Positions 8,525 through 17,803 are shown, numbered from the stretch's first letter. The stretch is DNA of 64,000 nt from Elusimicrobiota bacterium (GCA_016234365.1 JACRER010000018.1:2673-66672), one strand, 5' to 3'. The notes: generated from the sequence alone by a model not told the origin. Translations and numbers: made by a program.

Positions 8525-9139
8525 ATGAAAGAAAGCCGCAGCGTCGTCCTCGAAAGCCTGACCGGCCTGAGCATCGCAAAATGCCTGATGCGCCTGTCGC
8601 GCGTTTCCGCCGGCACCTGGCAGGTACTCGGAGCCAAAGTTTCATACGGCACCCTGCGCGACGCCCTGAGCCAGCACAATTTCACGCGCCCCGCCTCCAC
8701 GGTCTACTTCACCCTCTCCGGCGCCGCGCCTTTCTCCGGCGTCATGCTCTTCGACAGGGCGGACCTGGAATGCATCTCCAAGTGTTTCCTCGGCCATTCT
8801 TTCCCGCACACCGCGGCCACCACCCCGGCCGAGGAGGTCATGCTCACCGAGCTGGGCAACATCATCCTCAACGCGCTCACCAGCACCCTGCTCAACGCGC
8901 TGAAGAAAAGCTTTATGCCGGTGGTCCCTCGCTTTATAGAAGGCAACCTGGACGCGCTTTCCTCCGAATTGGGCAAGATCCCCCGCCTTAAGCAGGAGTT
9001 CCGCACCATAACCGTAACGCTGGAAATGCGCACGGACAAAGCCGCCGCCAGGAGCGAAGTGCTGGTGCTGCTGCCCGAAGAACTCGCACTGGAACTCGAG
9101 AACCTGCGCCCCCCCGCCGGCCAGCCCGAAAAGTTCTGA
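8525..9139 (+). CDS. CheC/CheX-like protein (putative CheY-P phosphatase family)
   Basis: LTELGNIILNAL...MPVVP fits the E-x2-N-x(~22)-P CheC/CheX/FliY active-site pattern. Lies 4 nt downstream of the CheY-like gene. Confidence 0.55.
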   Translation: MKESRSVVLESLTGLSIAKCLMRLSRVSAGTWQVLGAKVSYGTLRDALSQHNFTRPASTVYFTLSGAAPFSGVMLFDRADLECISKCFLGHSFPHTAATTPAEEVMLTELGNIILNALTSTLLNALKKSFMPVVPRFIEGNLDALSSELGKIPRLKQEFRTITVTLEMRTDKAAARSEVLVLLPEELALELENLRPPAGQPEKF

Positions 9140-9186
9140 ACCCGACGCCCCGCGGCACCGGCCACTACCTCGCTTAAAAGGACTCC

Positions 9187-10560
9187 ATGCTAGACAAATT
9201 CCTGGCCCTCTACAGACCCGCCGCGCACATAGAACGCCTCCCCAAAGAACTGCAGGACGCCCGCTACAAGGCGCTGCGCCTGCAGATGATGCTGGGAATT
9301 TTCTTTGGTTACGCCGGGTTCTACCTGGTACGCAAGAACTTTTCCCTGGCCAAACCATACCTGATAAACCACTACGGCTTCTCCAAGGGCGACGTAGGCC
9401 TTATCGCCACCGGGCTCGCGGTGGCCTACGGCCTCTCCAAGTTCGTGATGGGCAACGTGTCCGACCGCTCCAACCCGCGCTACTTCATGGCCACGGGACT
9501 TATCCTCTCCGGCCTGATAAACCTGCTTTTTCCTACGCTGGCCGGCTCGCTGTGGGCCATGGCGGCGTTGTGGTTCGTTAACGGCTGGGCGCAGGGCATG
9601 GGCTGGGCCCCGTGCGCGCGCACGCTTACGCACTGGTTCTCGGACGACGAGCGCGGCACCAAGTTCGCCATCTGGAACCTGGCCCACAACATAGGCGGCG
9701 GCATAGTTGGCCCCATCATCAACGGCGCGCTGGCGCTGGCCGCCCTGCTGGGCCTGGCGGCCCTCACCGGCGACGGCACGCTGCCGTTCTTCCTCATCTT
9801 CTACGTGCCGGCCTTCATGGCCATCGCCATGGGCCTGCTGCTGCTGGTTTTCCTGCGCGATACGCCGCAGAGCTGCGGCCTGCCGCCCATAGAGGAACAC
9901 ACCGGCGACAACCCGGATACCGGCGTGGCCGACCCGGAACGCGAAATGACCGCGAAAGAGATCCTGTTGAACCACGTCCTCAACAATAAACCGCTCTGGA
10001 TCATAGCCTTCGCCAACATCTTCGTCTACGTGGTGCGCTACGGCGTGCTGGACTGGGCCCCGACGTACCTTACCGCCGTCAAAGGCTGCCCGCAGAGCAC
10101 TGCCCGCTGGCAATTCTTCGTGTACGAATGGGCCGGCATCCCCGGCACGCTGCTGGCCGGCTGGGCGTCGGACAAGTTCTTCCATGGCCGCCGCGGCCCG
10201 GTTTCGGTCATCTATATGCTGCTGGTCACCGTGGCGGTCTACGTGTACTGGCAGAACCCGGCCAACCGCTTCTGGGTGGACTCGCTCTCCCTGTTCACCA
10301 TCGGCTTCCTTATCTACGGCCCGGTCATGCTTATAGGCGTGAGCGCCGTGGACATGGTGCCCAAAAAAGCCGCCGGCACCGCCGCCGGCTTCACCGGTTT
10401 CTTCGGTTATATGTTCGGCGCCGTTATCGCCGAGGTGGGCGTGGGGCGCGTGGTGGACCGTTGGGGCTGGGACGGCGGCTTTAAGCTGCTGCTCGCCGCC
10501 TGCGTGCTGGCCACCCTGTTAATGGCGCTGACCTGGAAGAAGCACCACCAGAGGGACTAG
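9187..10560 (+). CDS. glpT: glycerol-3-phosphate/organophosphate:phosphate antiporter (MFS, OPA family)
   Basis: Similar to GlpT/UhpC along its length: GIFFGYAGFYLVRKNF, SDRSNPR, RDTPQSCGLPPIEE, YGPVMLIG, KKAAGTAAGFTGFFGY. Confidence 0.9.
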   Translation: MLDKFLALYRPAAHIERLPKELQDARYKALRLQMMLGIFFGYAGFYLVRKNFSLAKPYLINHYGFSKGDVGLIATGLAVAYGLSKFVMGNVSDRSNPRYFMATGLILSGLINLLFPTLAGSLWAMAALWFVNGWAQGMGWAPCARTLTHWFSDDERGTKFAIWNLAHNIGGGIVGPIINGALALAALLGLAALTGDGTLPFFLIFYVPAFMAIAMGLLLLVFLRDTPQSCGLPPIEEHTGDNPDTGVADPEREMTAKEILLNHVLNNKPLWIIAFANIFVYVVRYGVLDWAPTYLTAVKGCPQSTARWQFFVYEWAGIPGTLLAGWASDKFFHGRRGPVSVIYMLLVTVAVYVYWQNPANRFWVDSLSLFTIGFLIYGPVMLIGVSAVDMVPKKAAGTAAGFTGFFGYMFGAVIAEVGVGRVVDRWGWDGGFKLLLAACVLATLLMALTWKKHHQRD

Positions 10561-10568
10561 GGGGCTAA

Positions 10569-11273
10569 ATGCGGAAACTCTTGTTAGCGGCTGCGCTGGC
10601 ACTGCCCGGCGTCGCTTTTGGGCAGCAGAAGACCGTGGCTTTTGACACGGCCGACGGCTGCCGCCTTAAGGCTTACTACCTCGCGCCTTCTTCCGGCGCC
10701 TACGTCTTCGTTAACACGCACGGCCTGGGCTCCGGCAAGTACGAATGGGCCCCGCTGCAGGAAGAACTTGCCCGCCGGGGGTTCGGCTACCTGTCGCTGG
10801 ATATGCGCGGCCACGGCGAAAGCGCTACCTGCGCCGGCAAGCCCGTCAGTTACAAACTTTTCACCAAGGCCGACTGGGGCGCGGTTTCGCACGACATCGA
10901 GGCCGCCGCCGCCTGGCTGAAGAAGAAGGGTGTGCCGCCGGCGCGGCAGGTTTTTTGCGGCGCCAGCATAGGCGCCAACCTCTCCCTTAAAGCCGCGGCC
11001 GAAGGCAAGCTGAAGCCCGCCGCGCTGGTGCTGCTTTCCCCCGGAATGGATTACGCCGGGGTTAAGGCCGGCGATTACCTGGCGGATGCGCCGGCGCGCC
11101 TGCTGGTGGCAGCTTCTCCCGACGACCCGTATGCCTGGCAAAGCGCCGGCGCGCTGGTAAAGGCCGCCGGCGGCAAGGCTTCTTTCGCAGACGGCAGGAG
11201 CGGCCACGGCGCGAATATGTTCAAGACGCCGGGCATGACGGAAGCTATAGTTAAATGGGCGGGTGGGCGCTGA
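10569..11273 (+). CDS. secreted alpha/beta-fold hydrolase
   Basis: Signal peptide MRKLLLAAALALPGVAFG, HG...LDMRGHGES pattern, and nucleophile-elbow-like GASIGAN. Confidence 0.65.
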   Translation: MRKLLLAAALALPGVAFGQQKTVAFDTADGCRLKAYYLAPSSGAYVFVNTHGLGSGKYEWAPLQEELARRGFGYLSLDMRGHGESATCAGKPVSYKLFTKADWGAVSHDIEAAAAWLKKKGVPPARQVFCGASIGANLSLKAAAEGKLKPAALVLLSPGMDYAGVKAGDYLADAPARLLVAASPDDPYAWQSAGALVKAAGGKASFADGRSGHGANMFKTPGMTEAIVKWAGGR

Positions 11274-11491
11274 TGCCCTGGAGACGGCGCCACGCCTGCG
11301 GCACGGGAAAAGCGCGCCATATTTGCCTGGCGGTCACCGGGGCCGCGCTGGCGTGCGTGATAGGCGCGTTTATACAGAGAACTTCCACTCCGCTCGTGGA
11401 ACAATATACCCGCTACAAGCAGGTCTCTTCGAGTTATTCGAAAGAAGAGATAAAGAAAGCTATGGAGAAGATGGCGGCACGGGGCAGGTAG
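11273..11491 (+). CDS. possible small membrane protein (72 aa)
   Basis: The ATG overlaps the upstream stop (TGATG). Basic N-terminus followed by one hydrophobic helix (ICLAVTGAALACVIGAFI). No homology recognised, so it may be spurious. Confidence 0.3.
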   Translation: MPWRRRHACGTGKARHICLAVTGAALACVIGAFIQRTSTPLVEQYTRYKQVSSSYSKEEIKKAMEKMAARGR

Positions 11492-12241
11492 TCAGCCAGC
11501 GGGCCACAGACGGTCCAGGAAGGCAAGGGCATTAGCGTACGAGGCTTCGGCGAGTTCTTCCGTGGGGCGCCCAAGGATAGAGGCGGCGGCCTCCGCCACT
11601 TCCACGACCCCGGCCGGCCCGGAGCGCCAGCTTGTCGCGTCCGGCTCCGGGGAATCCGTCTCGAACAGCAGCCTCTCCGGAGGCACGGCGGCCAGCGCCG
11701 CGCGCAGCCGCTCCCGCGCGGGGTCGGTAATTTCCCCGCCAAAAGAAAAGTAGCCGTTAAGCGCCGCAAAATCCTTCACCAGTTCCGCCGGGCCGCCATA
11801 GGCGTGCAGCATAAAGACCGCCGGGCGATTTTCCTTAAGCAGCTCCAGCATCCTCCCCCAGTTCTTAACACAATGGATCACCACTGGCCGGTCCAGTTTG
11901 CGCGCCAGCTCCAGCTGCGCAAGGAAGTTTTCTTCCTGGTCCGGGGCGGGGCGCGCGCCGTCCAGCCCTATTTCCCCCACGCAGGAAGGCGTGCGGGCAA
12001 GGAACTCCTCCAGCCGGTCCAGCCAGCCGTCCTCCGGCCCGAACCACGGGTGCAGGCCAAAGCAGGGAACTACGCGTTTATCCCGGCCGGCCAGTTCCAG
12101 CACCGCGCCCCAATCCGCCGGGCAGGTGCCGCAGACCAGCATGCCCGCAACCCCGGCCGCGGAGGCGCCGCGCAGCGCGGCGTCGCCCTCGGCGGAGGAC
12201 CGGCAGTTCTGAATATGGTTGTGTGCGTCGAAAAGTTTCAT
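11492..12241 (-). CDS. tatD: TatD family metal-dependent hydrolase
   Basis: MKLFDAHNHIQN start, then EIGLD, VIHC, HAYGG and ETDSP motifs typical of TatD. Confidence 0.85.
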   Translation of the reverse strand: MKLFDAHNHIQNCRSSAEGDAALRGASAAGVAGMLVCGTCPADWGAVLELAGRDKRVVPCFGLHPWFGPEDGWLDRLEEFLARTPSCVGEIGLDGARPAPDQEENFLAQLELARKLDRPVVIHCVKNWGRMLELLKENRPAVFMLHAYGGPAELVKDFAALNGYFSFGGEITDPARERLRAALAAVPPERLLFETDSPEPDATSWRSGPAGVVEVAEAAASILGRPTEELAEASYANALAFLDRLWPAG

Positions 12242-12258
12242 GGCGCCGGCCGCGGCGG

Positions 12259-12630
12259 TCAGGTTTTGGGGAGCAGCGCTTTGCGGACCGCTTCGAGCAG
12301 CTCCTGCGGGAAAAAGGGTTTAGGGATGAAAGCCGCCACCTGCTTGAACCGCTGGAACATGGCCTGGGAGGGCTCCAGCCCGGACAGCACTATTATGGGC
12401 AGGTCGCGCGTGGCCTCGTCCTCGGTTATTTTCAGCGCCAGCGTATACCCGTCCACCCCGGGCAGCATCACGTCCAGCAGCAGCAGCCCCGGCTTGAATT
12501 CTTTCAGCGCGTCAATGACACACCTGCCGCTGTCGCAGGTGCGCACCTGATAGCCGGCAGCTTCCAGCACGTCCTGCATCACGCGCAGGATCTCCGGATC
12601 GTCGTCTACAACGAGAAGTTTCTCCCCCAT
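12259..12630 (-). CDS. stand-alone response regulator receiver protein
   Basis: MGEKLLVVDDDPEILRVM...LLLDVMLPGVDG...IIVLSG...IPKPF. Confidence 0.85.
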   Translation of the reverse strand: MGEKLLVVDDDPEILRVMQDVLEAAGYQVRTCDSGRCVIDALKEFKPGLLLLDVMLPGVDGYTLALKITEDEATRDLPIIVLSGLEPSQAMFQRFKQVAAFIPKPFFPQELLEAVRKALLPKT

Positions 12631-12680
12631 ATTGAAAATCTACCAGTTTGCGGTTATGCGGTCAAGGATTCGGGCCGCGA

Positions 12681-13400
12681 TCATTTAAAAGGCCCCAGCT
12701 CCTCGCGCGTAAGGCGGCGGAACTGGCCGGGCTGCAGATCGCCCAGGGTGAGTGGGCCGAAAGCTATGCGTTTGAGCTGCGTGACTTCATGGCCAAGCGC
12801 TGCGAACAGCCTGCGGATCTCGCGGTTCTTACCTTCGGTCAACTCCACCATCAAATGCGATTCCCTGCCGCTGGATTTGCGCAGGGTCAGTTTGGCCGGC
12901 TTAAGCAGCTCCCCCTCGTCCATTATGCCCGCCAAGGCTTTTGCCAGTTCGGCTTGAGTCACTTCACCCGTGACCGTAACCGAATAGGTGCGCAGCACCG
13001 CGTTGGAGGGGTCGGTAAGGTAGGAGGAAAGCCTGGTGTCGTTGGTAAGCAGCAGCAGCCCCGTGGAGAACATGTCCAGGCGGCCTACGGGGTGCAGGTT
13101 CGCCAGTTCGGGGGGGAGCAGGTCGTAGACCGTTTTGCGCCCTTTCTCGTCGGACTTGGTGGTGACCACGGCCTTGGGCTTGTTGAGCAGGATGGTCTGC
13201 CATGCGTCTTTGACCACCGGCTTACCGTCCACGGTGAACTTGTCGGCGTCAGGGTTTACCTGGAACAAAGGGTCCCTGATCACGCGTCCGTTCACTTTTA
13301 AGCGCCCGGTCAACACCCATTCCCGGGTTTGGCTGCGGGAGGCGGCGCCAAGTTTAGAGAGGGCCCTCTCCAGCGGAACTTTGGAAAAATCGTTAGCCAT
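12681..13400 (-). CDS. pseudouridine synthase, RsuA/RluB/RluE family with N-terminal S4 domain
   Basis: S4-like segment LERALSKLGAASRSQTREWVLTGRLKVNG and catalytic motif HPVGRLDMFSTGLLLLTND. I prefer the ATG at 13400 to the TTG at 13418. Confidence 0.85.
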   Translation of the reverse strand: MANDFSKVPLERALSKLGAASRSQTREWVLTGRLKVNGRVIRDPLFQVNPDADKFTVDGKPVVKDAWQTILLNKPKAVVTTKSDEKGRKTVYDLLPPELANLHPVGRLDMFSTGLLLLTNDTRLSSYLTDPSNAVLRTYSVTVTGEVTQAELAKALAGIMDEGELLKPAKLTLRKSSGRESHLMVELTEGKNREIRRLFAALGHEVTQLKRIAFGPLTLGDLQPGQFRRLTREELGPFK

Positions 13401-13444
13401 AAGATAAATGTTTAGCAAAAAATACCGGCTATCGCCAGCGCACT

Positions 13445-14434
13445 TTAAAGTTTCACACTTTCAGGCGGAACGCCTTCGCACAGCAGAGCCTTCATGTCGG
13501 GCGGCAGAGGCGCGGTTATGACCATCGTCTCGCCCGTAGCGGGATGGCAAAAAACCAGTTCCGAGGCGTGCATGGCCTGGCGGCTTATGCGCATTTTAAC
13601 CAGGTCCGCCTGAGTCATCTGGTCGTCTATAAAGCGCGGGAATATCCCCTCGTCCAGGCCGTACATCTTGTCCCCCACCACCGGGAAACCCAGGGCGCTC
13701 AGCGTGGCCCGTATCTGGTGCAGCCTGCCGGTATGCGGCACCGCCTCTACTACGGAAATGGCTCCGCGGCGTTCCAGCAGCGTGAATTGCGTGTCGGCCC
13801 ATTCGGCTTCGCGCCCGGGCTCCGGCAGTTCTCCGGCCGCGGGCTCGAAGCGCTGCTTTTTGCGGATAACGGCGGTGGCGCCCGAAGTTATATAGCCGCG
13901 CGCATGCACCGGCCCTCCAAAGGCGCCTTCCACAAAGACCGTGTACTTTTTGGTGACGCTGCGCGCGGCGAACTGGCCGCGGCAGAGCTTGTCCGCCTGC
14001 GGGTTTTTGGCTATCAGGGTAACGCCGGAGGTCTCGCGGTCCAGCCGGTTGATTATACCGGGGTTGGTTATGCCGTACTTTTCCTTAAGCAGCCACCACA
14101 GGGTGTTCTTGAAATAGTTGCCGGCCGGGTGCACCGGCAGGTTGCCGGTTTTACCCACCACCAGGATGTCGGCGTCGTCGTACAGCACCGTTACGGCCCT
14201 GTCCACTTGCCTCTCGGGCCTTTCGGCCGGGTAATAGCGCAGCACATCCTTTTCCTGCAGCACGCGCTCCGGCGCCACCAGCAAGTCGTTTATCATTATG
14301 GCCCCGGCCCCAACCAGCGCGCGCCATTGCTCTTCGGTATGGTACGGGAACCTCGCCGTAAGAAAAGCCAGGAGCGGGCGCCCCGCTTCTTCGGGCCGGA
14401 TGGTGCAGCGCATTATCCTGTCGGCGTTGCTCAT
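13445..14434 (-). CDS. RluA family pseudouridine synthase
   Basis: INRLDRETSGVTLIAKN (catalytic Asp motif) and GRLHQIRATL. The start overlaps the stop of the upstream FAD protein gene (ATGA). Confidence 0.85.
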   Translation of the reverse strand: MSNADRIMRCTIRPEEAGRPLLAFLTARFPYHTEEQWRALVGAGAIMINDLLVAPERVLQEKDVLRYYPAERPERQVDRAVTVLYDDADILVVGKTGNLPVHPAGNYFKNTLWWLLKEKYGITNPGIINRLDRETSGVTLIAKNPQADKLCRGQFAARSVTKKYTVFVEGAFGGPVHARGYITSGATAVIRKKQRFEPAAGELPEPGREAEWADTQFTLLERRGAISVVEAVPHTGRLHQIRATLSALGFPVVGDKMYGLDEGIFPRFIDDQMTQADLVKMRISRQAMHASELVFCHPATGETMVITAPLPPDMKALLCEGVPPESVKL

Positions 14435-16014
14435 AAAGTTTCGCCCAGGCTGCGCTCTACGCCTTTTATAGCGTCTATGGCGGAGCTGGTTATGCCGCCG
14501 GCGTAACCCGCGCCTTCGCCTATGGGGTACAGGTTCTCTATATTTACCGAGCCGTAATTTTCGCCGCGCGGCACCTTGACCGGGCAGGAAGTGCGCGTTT
14601 CGGGCGCCAGCAGCACCGCTTGTTCCGAGACAAAGAGCGGATACCCTTTTTTAAATTCGGCGAAAGCGGCCAACAGTTCCGCGGTCACAAAGTTTGGCAG
14701 CACCTGGCGCAGGTCGGCCGCCGCCGTGCCCGTTTTGCAGGAATTCCTGTTCACCTTGCCGGAGAGCTTTCCGCCTATAAAATCCGTCAGGTTCTGCGCC
14801 GGAACCGCCCAGTTGCCGCCGCCGGCCTTGAAGGCCCGGCGTTCTATCTCCTCCTGGAAGCCAAAACCCGCCAGCGGCCCCGCCCCGCCGTAGTCCGCCG
14901 CGTGACACGTTACCACCAGCGCCCCGTTGGAGAATTCTCCGTCGCGCGCGGCGCGGCTCATGCCGTTAACCGCCAGCAGGCCCTGCGCCGAAGAAGCGTT
15001 AACTATCTCGCCGCCGGGGCACATGCAGAAAGTGTAGGTACCGCGCCCGCTCCGGCGGTTGGTGTGGTTTAAAGAATACGCGGCCGCCCCCAGGGCAGGG
15101 TGGTCTTTATATTTTGCGCCATACCGGAGAAGGTCGATGGTCGGGGCCGGGTGTTCTATCCGCACGCCCACCGCTATGGCCCTGCGCTCCAGCGCGGCGC
15201 CTTTTTGCCGCAGCAGTTCGAAAGTGTCGCGCGCGGAATGCCCCACTGCCAGATAAATGCGGGAAGAGAGGTATTCCTGCCGGCCGTTTATCACCACGCC
15301 GCAGGCCTTGCCGCCCGCCAGCCGCAGGTCCGTCAGTTTTGCGCCGTAATGTATTTCCCCGCCCCGCTCCAGGATAAAATCACGGATATTGCGCACCACC
15401 GCGCAAAGCACGTCGGTGCCCACGTGCGGCTTGGCCATCCAGGCTATCTCGGGCCGCGCGCCGAACCTTACAAAAGTTTCCAGCACTTTATTGCCGTAAT
15501 GCGAATTGTTAACGCGTGAAAACAGTTTGCCGTCGGAATAGGCGCCGGCTCCGCCCTCGCCGAACTGGATATTGGACTCCGTATCCAGCGCCCGGTCGGT
15601 TATGAACCGCCGCACGTCGGCGGAGCGCTCCTCTATCTTTTTACCGCGCTCAAAGATGAGCGGCTTCAGGCCGCGTTCCATAAGTTCCAGCGCGGCGAAC
15701 ATGCCCGCGGGCCCGAAACCGATGATTATGGGGCGTTCTTTGAGGTTCGGCCTCGGCCGGGCCGGTTTTGCGGCGTCGACATAGGCCGGGAACTTGCGTT
15801 CATTGTTATAGCCGGCCGGCACGCCCACCACCACGGTCAGTACCTGGAAAAAACGTTCCGGGTCGCTTATGTCCGGGGCCTGGGCCAGGATCTTTACCAG
15901 TTTTATTTCATTTACGCCAAGGCCCAGCTCGCCCGCGGCGGCTTTAAGGCGGGCGGCTTCGCCGTCAGCTTCCAAGGGTATGCGCAGGCCGGCTATTGTA
16001 AGCAGACTCATCAT
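14431..16014 (-). CDS. FAD-dependent protein (uncharacterised NAD(FAD)-utilising dehydrogenase, COG2509-like)
   Basis: Dinucleotide-binding IIIGFGPAGMFAALEL, C-terminal PIGEGAGYAGGITSSAIDA, about 530 aa. Confidence 0.75.
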   Translation of the reverse strand: MMSLLTIAGLRIPLEADGEAARLKAAAGELGLGVNEIKLVKILAQAPDISDPERFFQVLTVVVGVPAGYNNERKFPAYVDAAKPARPRPNLKERPIIIGFGPAGMFAALELMERGLKPLIFERGKKIEERSADVRRFITDRALDTESNIQFGEGGAGAYSDGKLFSRVNNSHYGNKVLETFVRFGARPEIAWMAKPHVGTDVLCAVVRNIRDFILERGGEIHYGAKLTDLRLAGGKACGVVINGRQEYLSSRIYLAVGHSARDTFELLRQKGAALERRAIAVGVRIEHPAPTIDLLRYGAKYKDHPALGAAAYSLNHTNRRSGRGTYTFCMCPGGEIVNASSAQGLLAVNGMSRAARDGEFSNGALVVTCHAADYGGAGPLAGFGFQEEIERRAFKAGGGNWAVPAQNLTDFIGGKLSGKVNRNSCKTGTAAADLRQVLPNFVTAELLAAFAEFKKGYPLFVSEQAVLLAPETRTSCPVKVPRGENYGSVNIENLYPIGEGAGYAGGITSSAIDAIKGVERSLGETL

Positions 16015-16058
16015 ACATACTATAATACTTTACAAAGAACAAAGGCTCCCCCCGCCCG

Positions 16059-16769
16059 ATGAAAACTCCCCTGAAATTTATTTTTTCAAAACCCCGCAAC
16101 CCGGACAATCTCGGCGCCTGCGCCCGGGCCATGGCCAATTTCGGCCTGGCCGAACTGGCGCTGGTAAGCCCTTTCGAATCCGACTGGGCCGAAGTAAAAC
16201 GCTGCTGGCGGCAGGAAGCCTCCGTCTCGGCCATAAACGCGATGGACATAATAGACTCCGCGCGTATCTACGACAGCATCCAGGAAGCCGCCGGGGACTG
16301 CCAGCTGCTCCTGGGCACCTCTTCGCTGCACCACATAAAACCAGACAGGGACGTGATCCTGCTTAAGGACGCGGCCGCCTACATAGAGGAGCGCGGCGTG
16401 GAGAAGGCCGGTATCCTCTTCGGCCCGGAAAAGACCGGCCTCACCAAGGAAGACCTGGCCCTGTGCCACGCCGTGATAACCATCCCCACTCTGGAGAAAC
16501 AGCCATCCATGAACCTGGGCCAGTCCGTGGCCCTGCTCGCGTACGAACTTGCCGTGCGCGCCGCCGGCACGGCGGCTTTTACCCGCGGCAAAGTTACCCA
16601 CCCCTCCCACTACGAGATAAGCCGCCTTACCGGCGAGATCTGCGCCAAACTGGAAAAGGCCGGGGCAAAAATTGGCTCTTACCAGCAAACGGCCATAAGC
16701 CGCGGCCTGCTGGACGCCCGGCTCACCAAGGAAGCCGTGAACCTGCTCCGGCGCCTGCTCAAGAACTGA
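16059..16769 (+). CDS. trmJ: SpoU/TrmJ-type RNA 2'-O-methyltransferase
   Basis: PRNPDNLGACARAMANFGL, ILFGPEKTGL and IPT...PSMNLGQSVALLAYEL are SPOUT class motifs. Confidence 0.75.
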   Translation: MKTPLKFIFSKPRNPDNLGACARAMANFGLAELALVSPFESDWAEVKRCWRQEASVSAINAMDIIDSARIYDSIQEAAGDCQLLLGTSSLHHIKPDRDVILLKDAAAYIEERGVEKAGILFGPEKTGLTKEDLALCHAVITIPTLEKQPSMNLGQSVALLAYELAVRAAGTAAFTRGKVTHPSHYEISRLTGEICAKLEKAGAKIGSYQQTAISRGLLDARLTKEAVNLLRRLLKN

Positions 16770-16883
16770 GGGGACGTTCTTAACTATTGGACTATTTGGC
16801 TTTCCCAGAGTCGCTAAATTTTCAAGACCCACTACTATGGAACTGTGCAGCCAAAAATAGTCCAATAGTTAAGAACGTCCCCT
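16769..16883. repeat. inverted-repeat element, copy 2 (same family as 2757-2871)
   Basis: GGGGACGTTCTTAACTATTGGACTATTT at 16770-16797 and its exact reverse complement at 16855-16882. The 57-nt centre is diverged from copy 1. Begins directly after the trmJ-like TGA. Confidence 0.85.
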
Positions 16884-16898
16884 TTTTATGGAGGTGCT

Positions 16899-17780
16899 AT
16901 GAAAAAATTAGTCCTGATATTGCTGGTTTCAACTTTTAGCGCGGCCTGGGCGGCGGACTTGAAGGCGCCGCTGGTGCACGGCCACCGCGGCAGCCGCGGC
17001 ACCATGCCGGAGGATACCCTGCCGGCCTTTAACGAGGCGCTGCGCGTGGGCGCCGACGTGCTGGAGCTGGATATGGGCGTCACCAAGGACGGCGTGGTTA
17101 TAGTTTCCCATGAACCCAGACTCACCCCGGAACGCTGCCTGGGCCCGGACGGTAAAAAATTGCAGGCTCCCGTGGGGATACGTACCCTGACGCTGGAAGA
17201 GACCCGCAAATACGACTGCGGCTCACTGGCCAACCCCAAGTTCCCCCGCCAGGCCGCCGTGCCCGGCACGCCCGTCCCCACGCTGGACGAAGTGTTCGCG
17301 CTGGTAGAGAAGTCCACCCACCCCGCCGCGGCCAACGCGGAATTCAATATAGAGACAAAGATCTTTCCGGCCGAACCGGAGCTGTCCCCCGCGCCCGCGG
17401 AATTTGCCAGGCTGGTAGTGGAAGTCATCAAGAAGCACAAAATGGAAAAGCGCGTGATGGTGCAGTCTTTCGACGTGCGCACCCTTAAGGAAGTAAAGAA
17501 ACTGGCCCCGGCCGTGCGCACCTCGCAGCTCACCTACGAGGAACTGCTGGACATTGTGCCCGCGCTCAAAGCGGCCGGCACCGACATCTGGAGCCCGAAC
17601 TACAAATGGATCACCCCTGAAGCCGTGAAAGAAGCGCAAGCCGCCGGCATCCAGGTGGCGCCGTGGACCGTAAACAACCCCGCGGAATGGGACATGCTTA
17701 TAGCCGCGGGCGTGGACGCGATCATAACCGACTACCCGGCGGACCTGGTAAAGTACCTTAAGGCCAAAAAACTCCGCTAA
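16899..17780 (+). CDS. glpQ: secreted glycerophosphodiester phosphodiesterase
   Basis: Signal peptide, then HGHRGSRG..PE.T..AF and LELDM motifs of the GDPD family. GGAGG Shine-Dalgarno. Confidence 0.85.
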   Translation: MKKLVLILLVSTFSAAWAADLKAPLVHGHRGSRGTMPEDTLPAFNEALRVGADVLELDMGVTKDGVVIVSHEPRLTPERCLGPDGKKLQAPVGIRTLTLEETRKYDCGSLANPKFPRQAAVPGTPVPTLDEVFALVEKSTHPAAANAEFNIETKIFPAEPELSPAPAEFARLVVEVIKKHKMEKRVMVQSFDVRTLKEVKKLAPAVRTSQLTYEELLDIVPALKAAGTDIWSPNYKWITPEAVKEAQAAGIQVAPWTVNNPAEWDMLIAAGVDAIITDYPADLVKYLKAKKLR

Positions 17781-17803
17781 CCCCGTTGCCGGGGCATAAA
17801 AAA

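Noticed and set aside
8049-8645. Upstream 200 aa of ORF 7728..8645, and the upstream part of ORF 7819..8520
   Set aside because: Both extensions run antisense through each other's gene. The PilZ and CheY domains start at internal ATGs (8048 and 8167).
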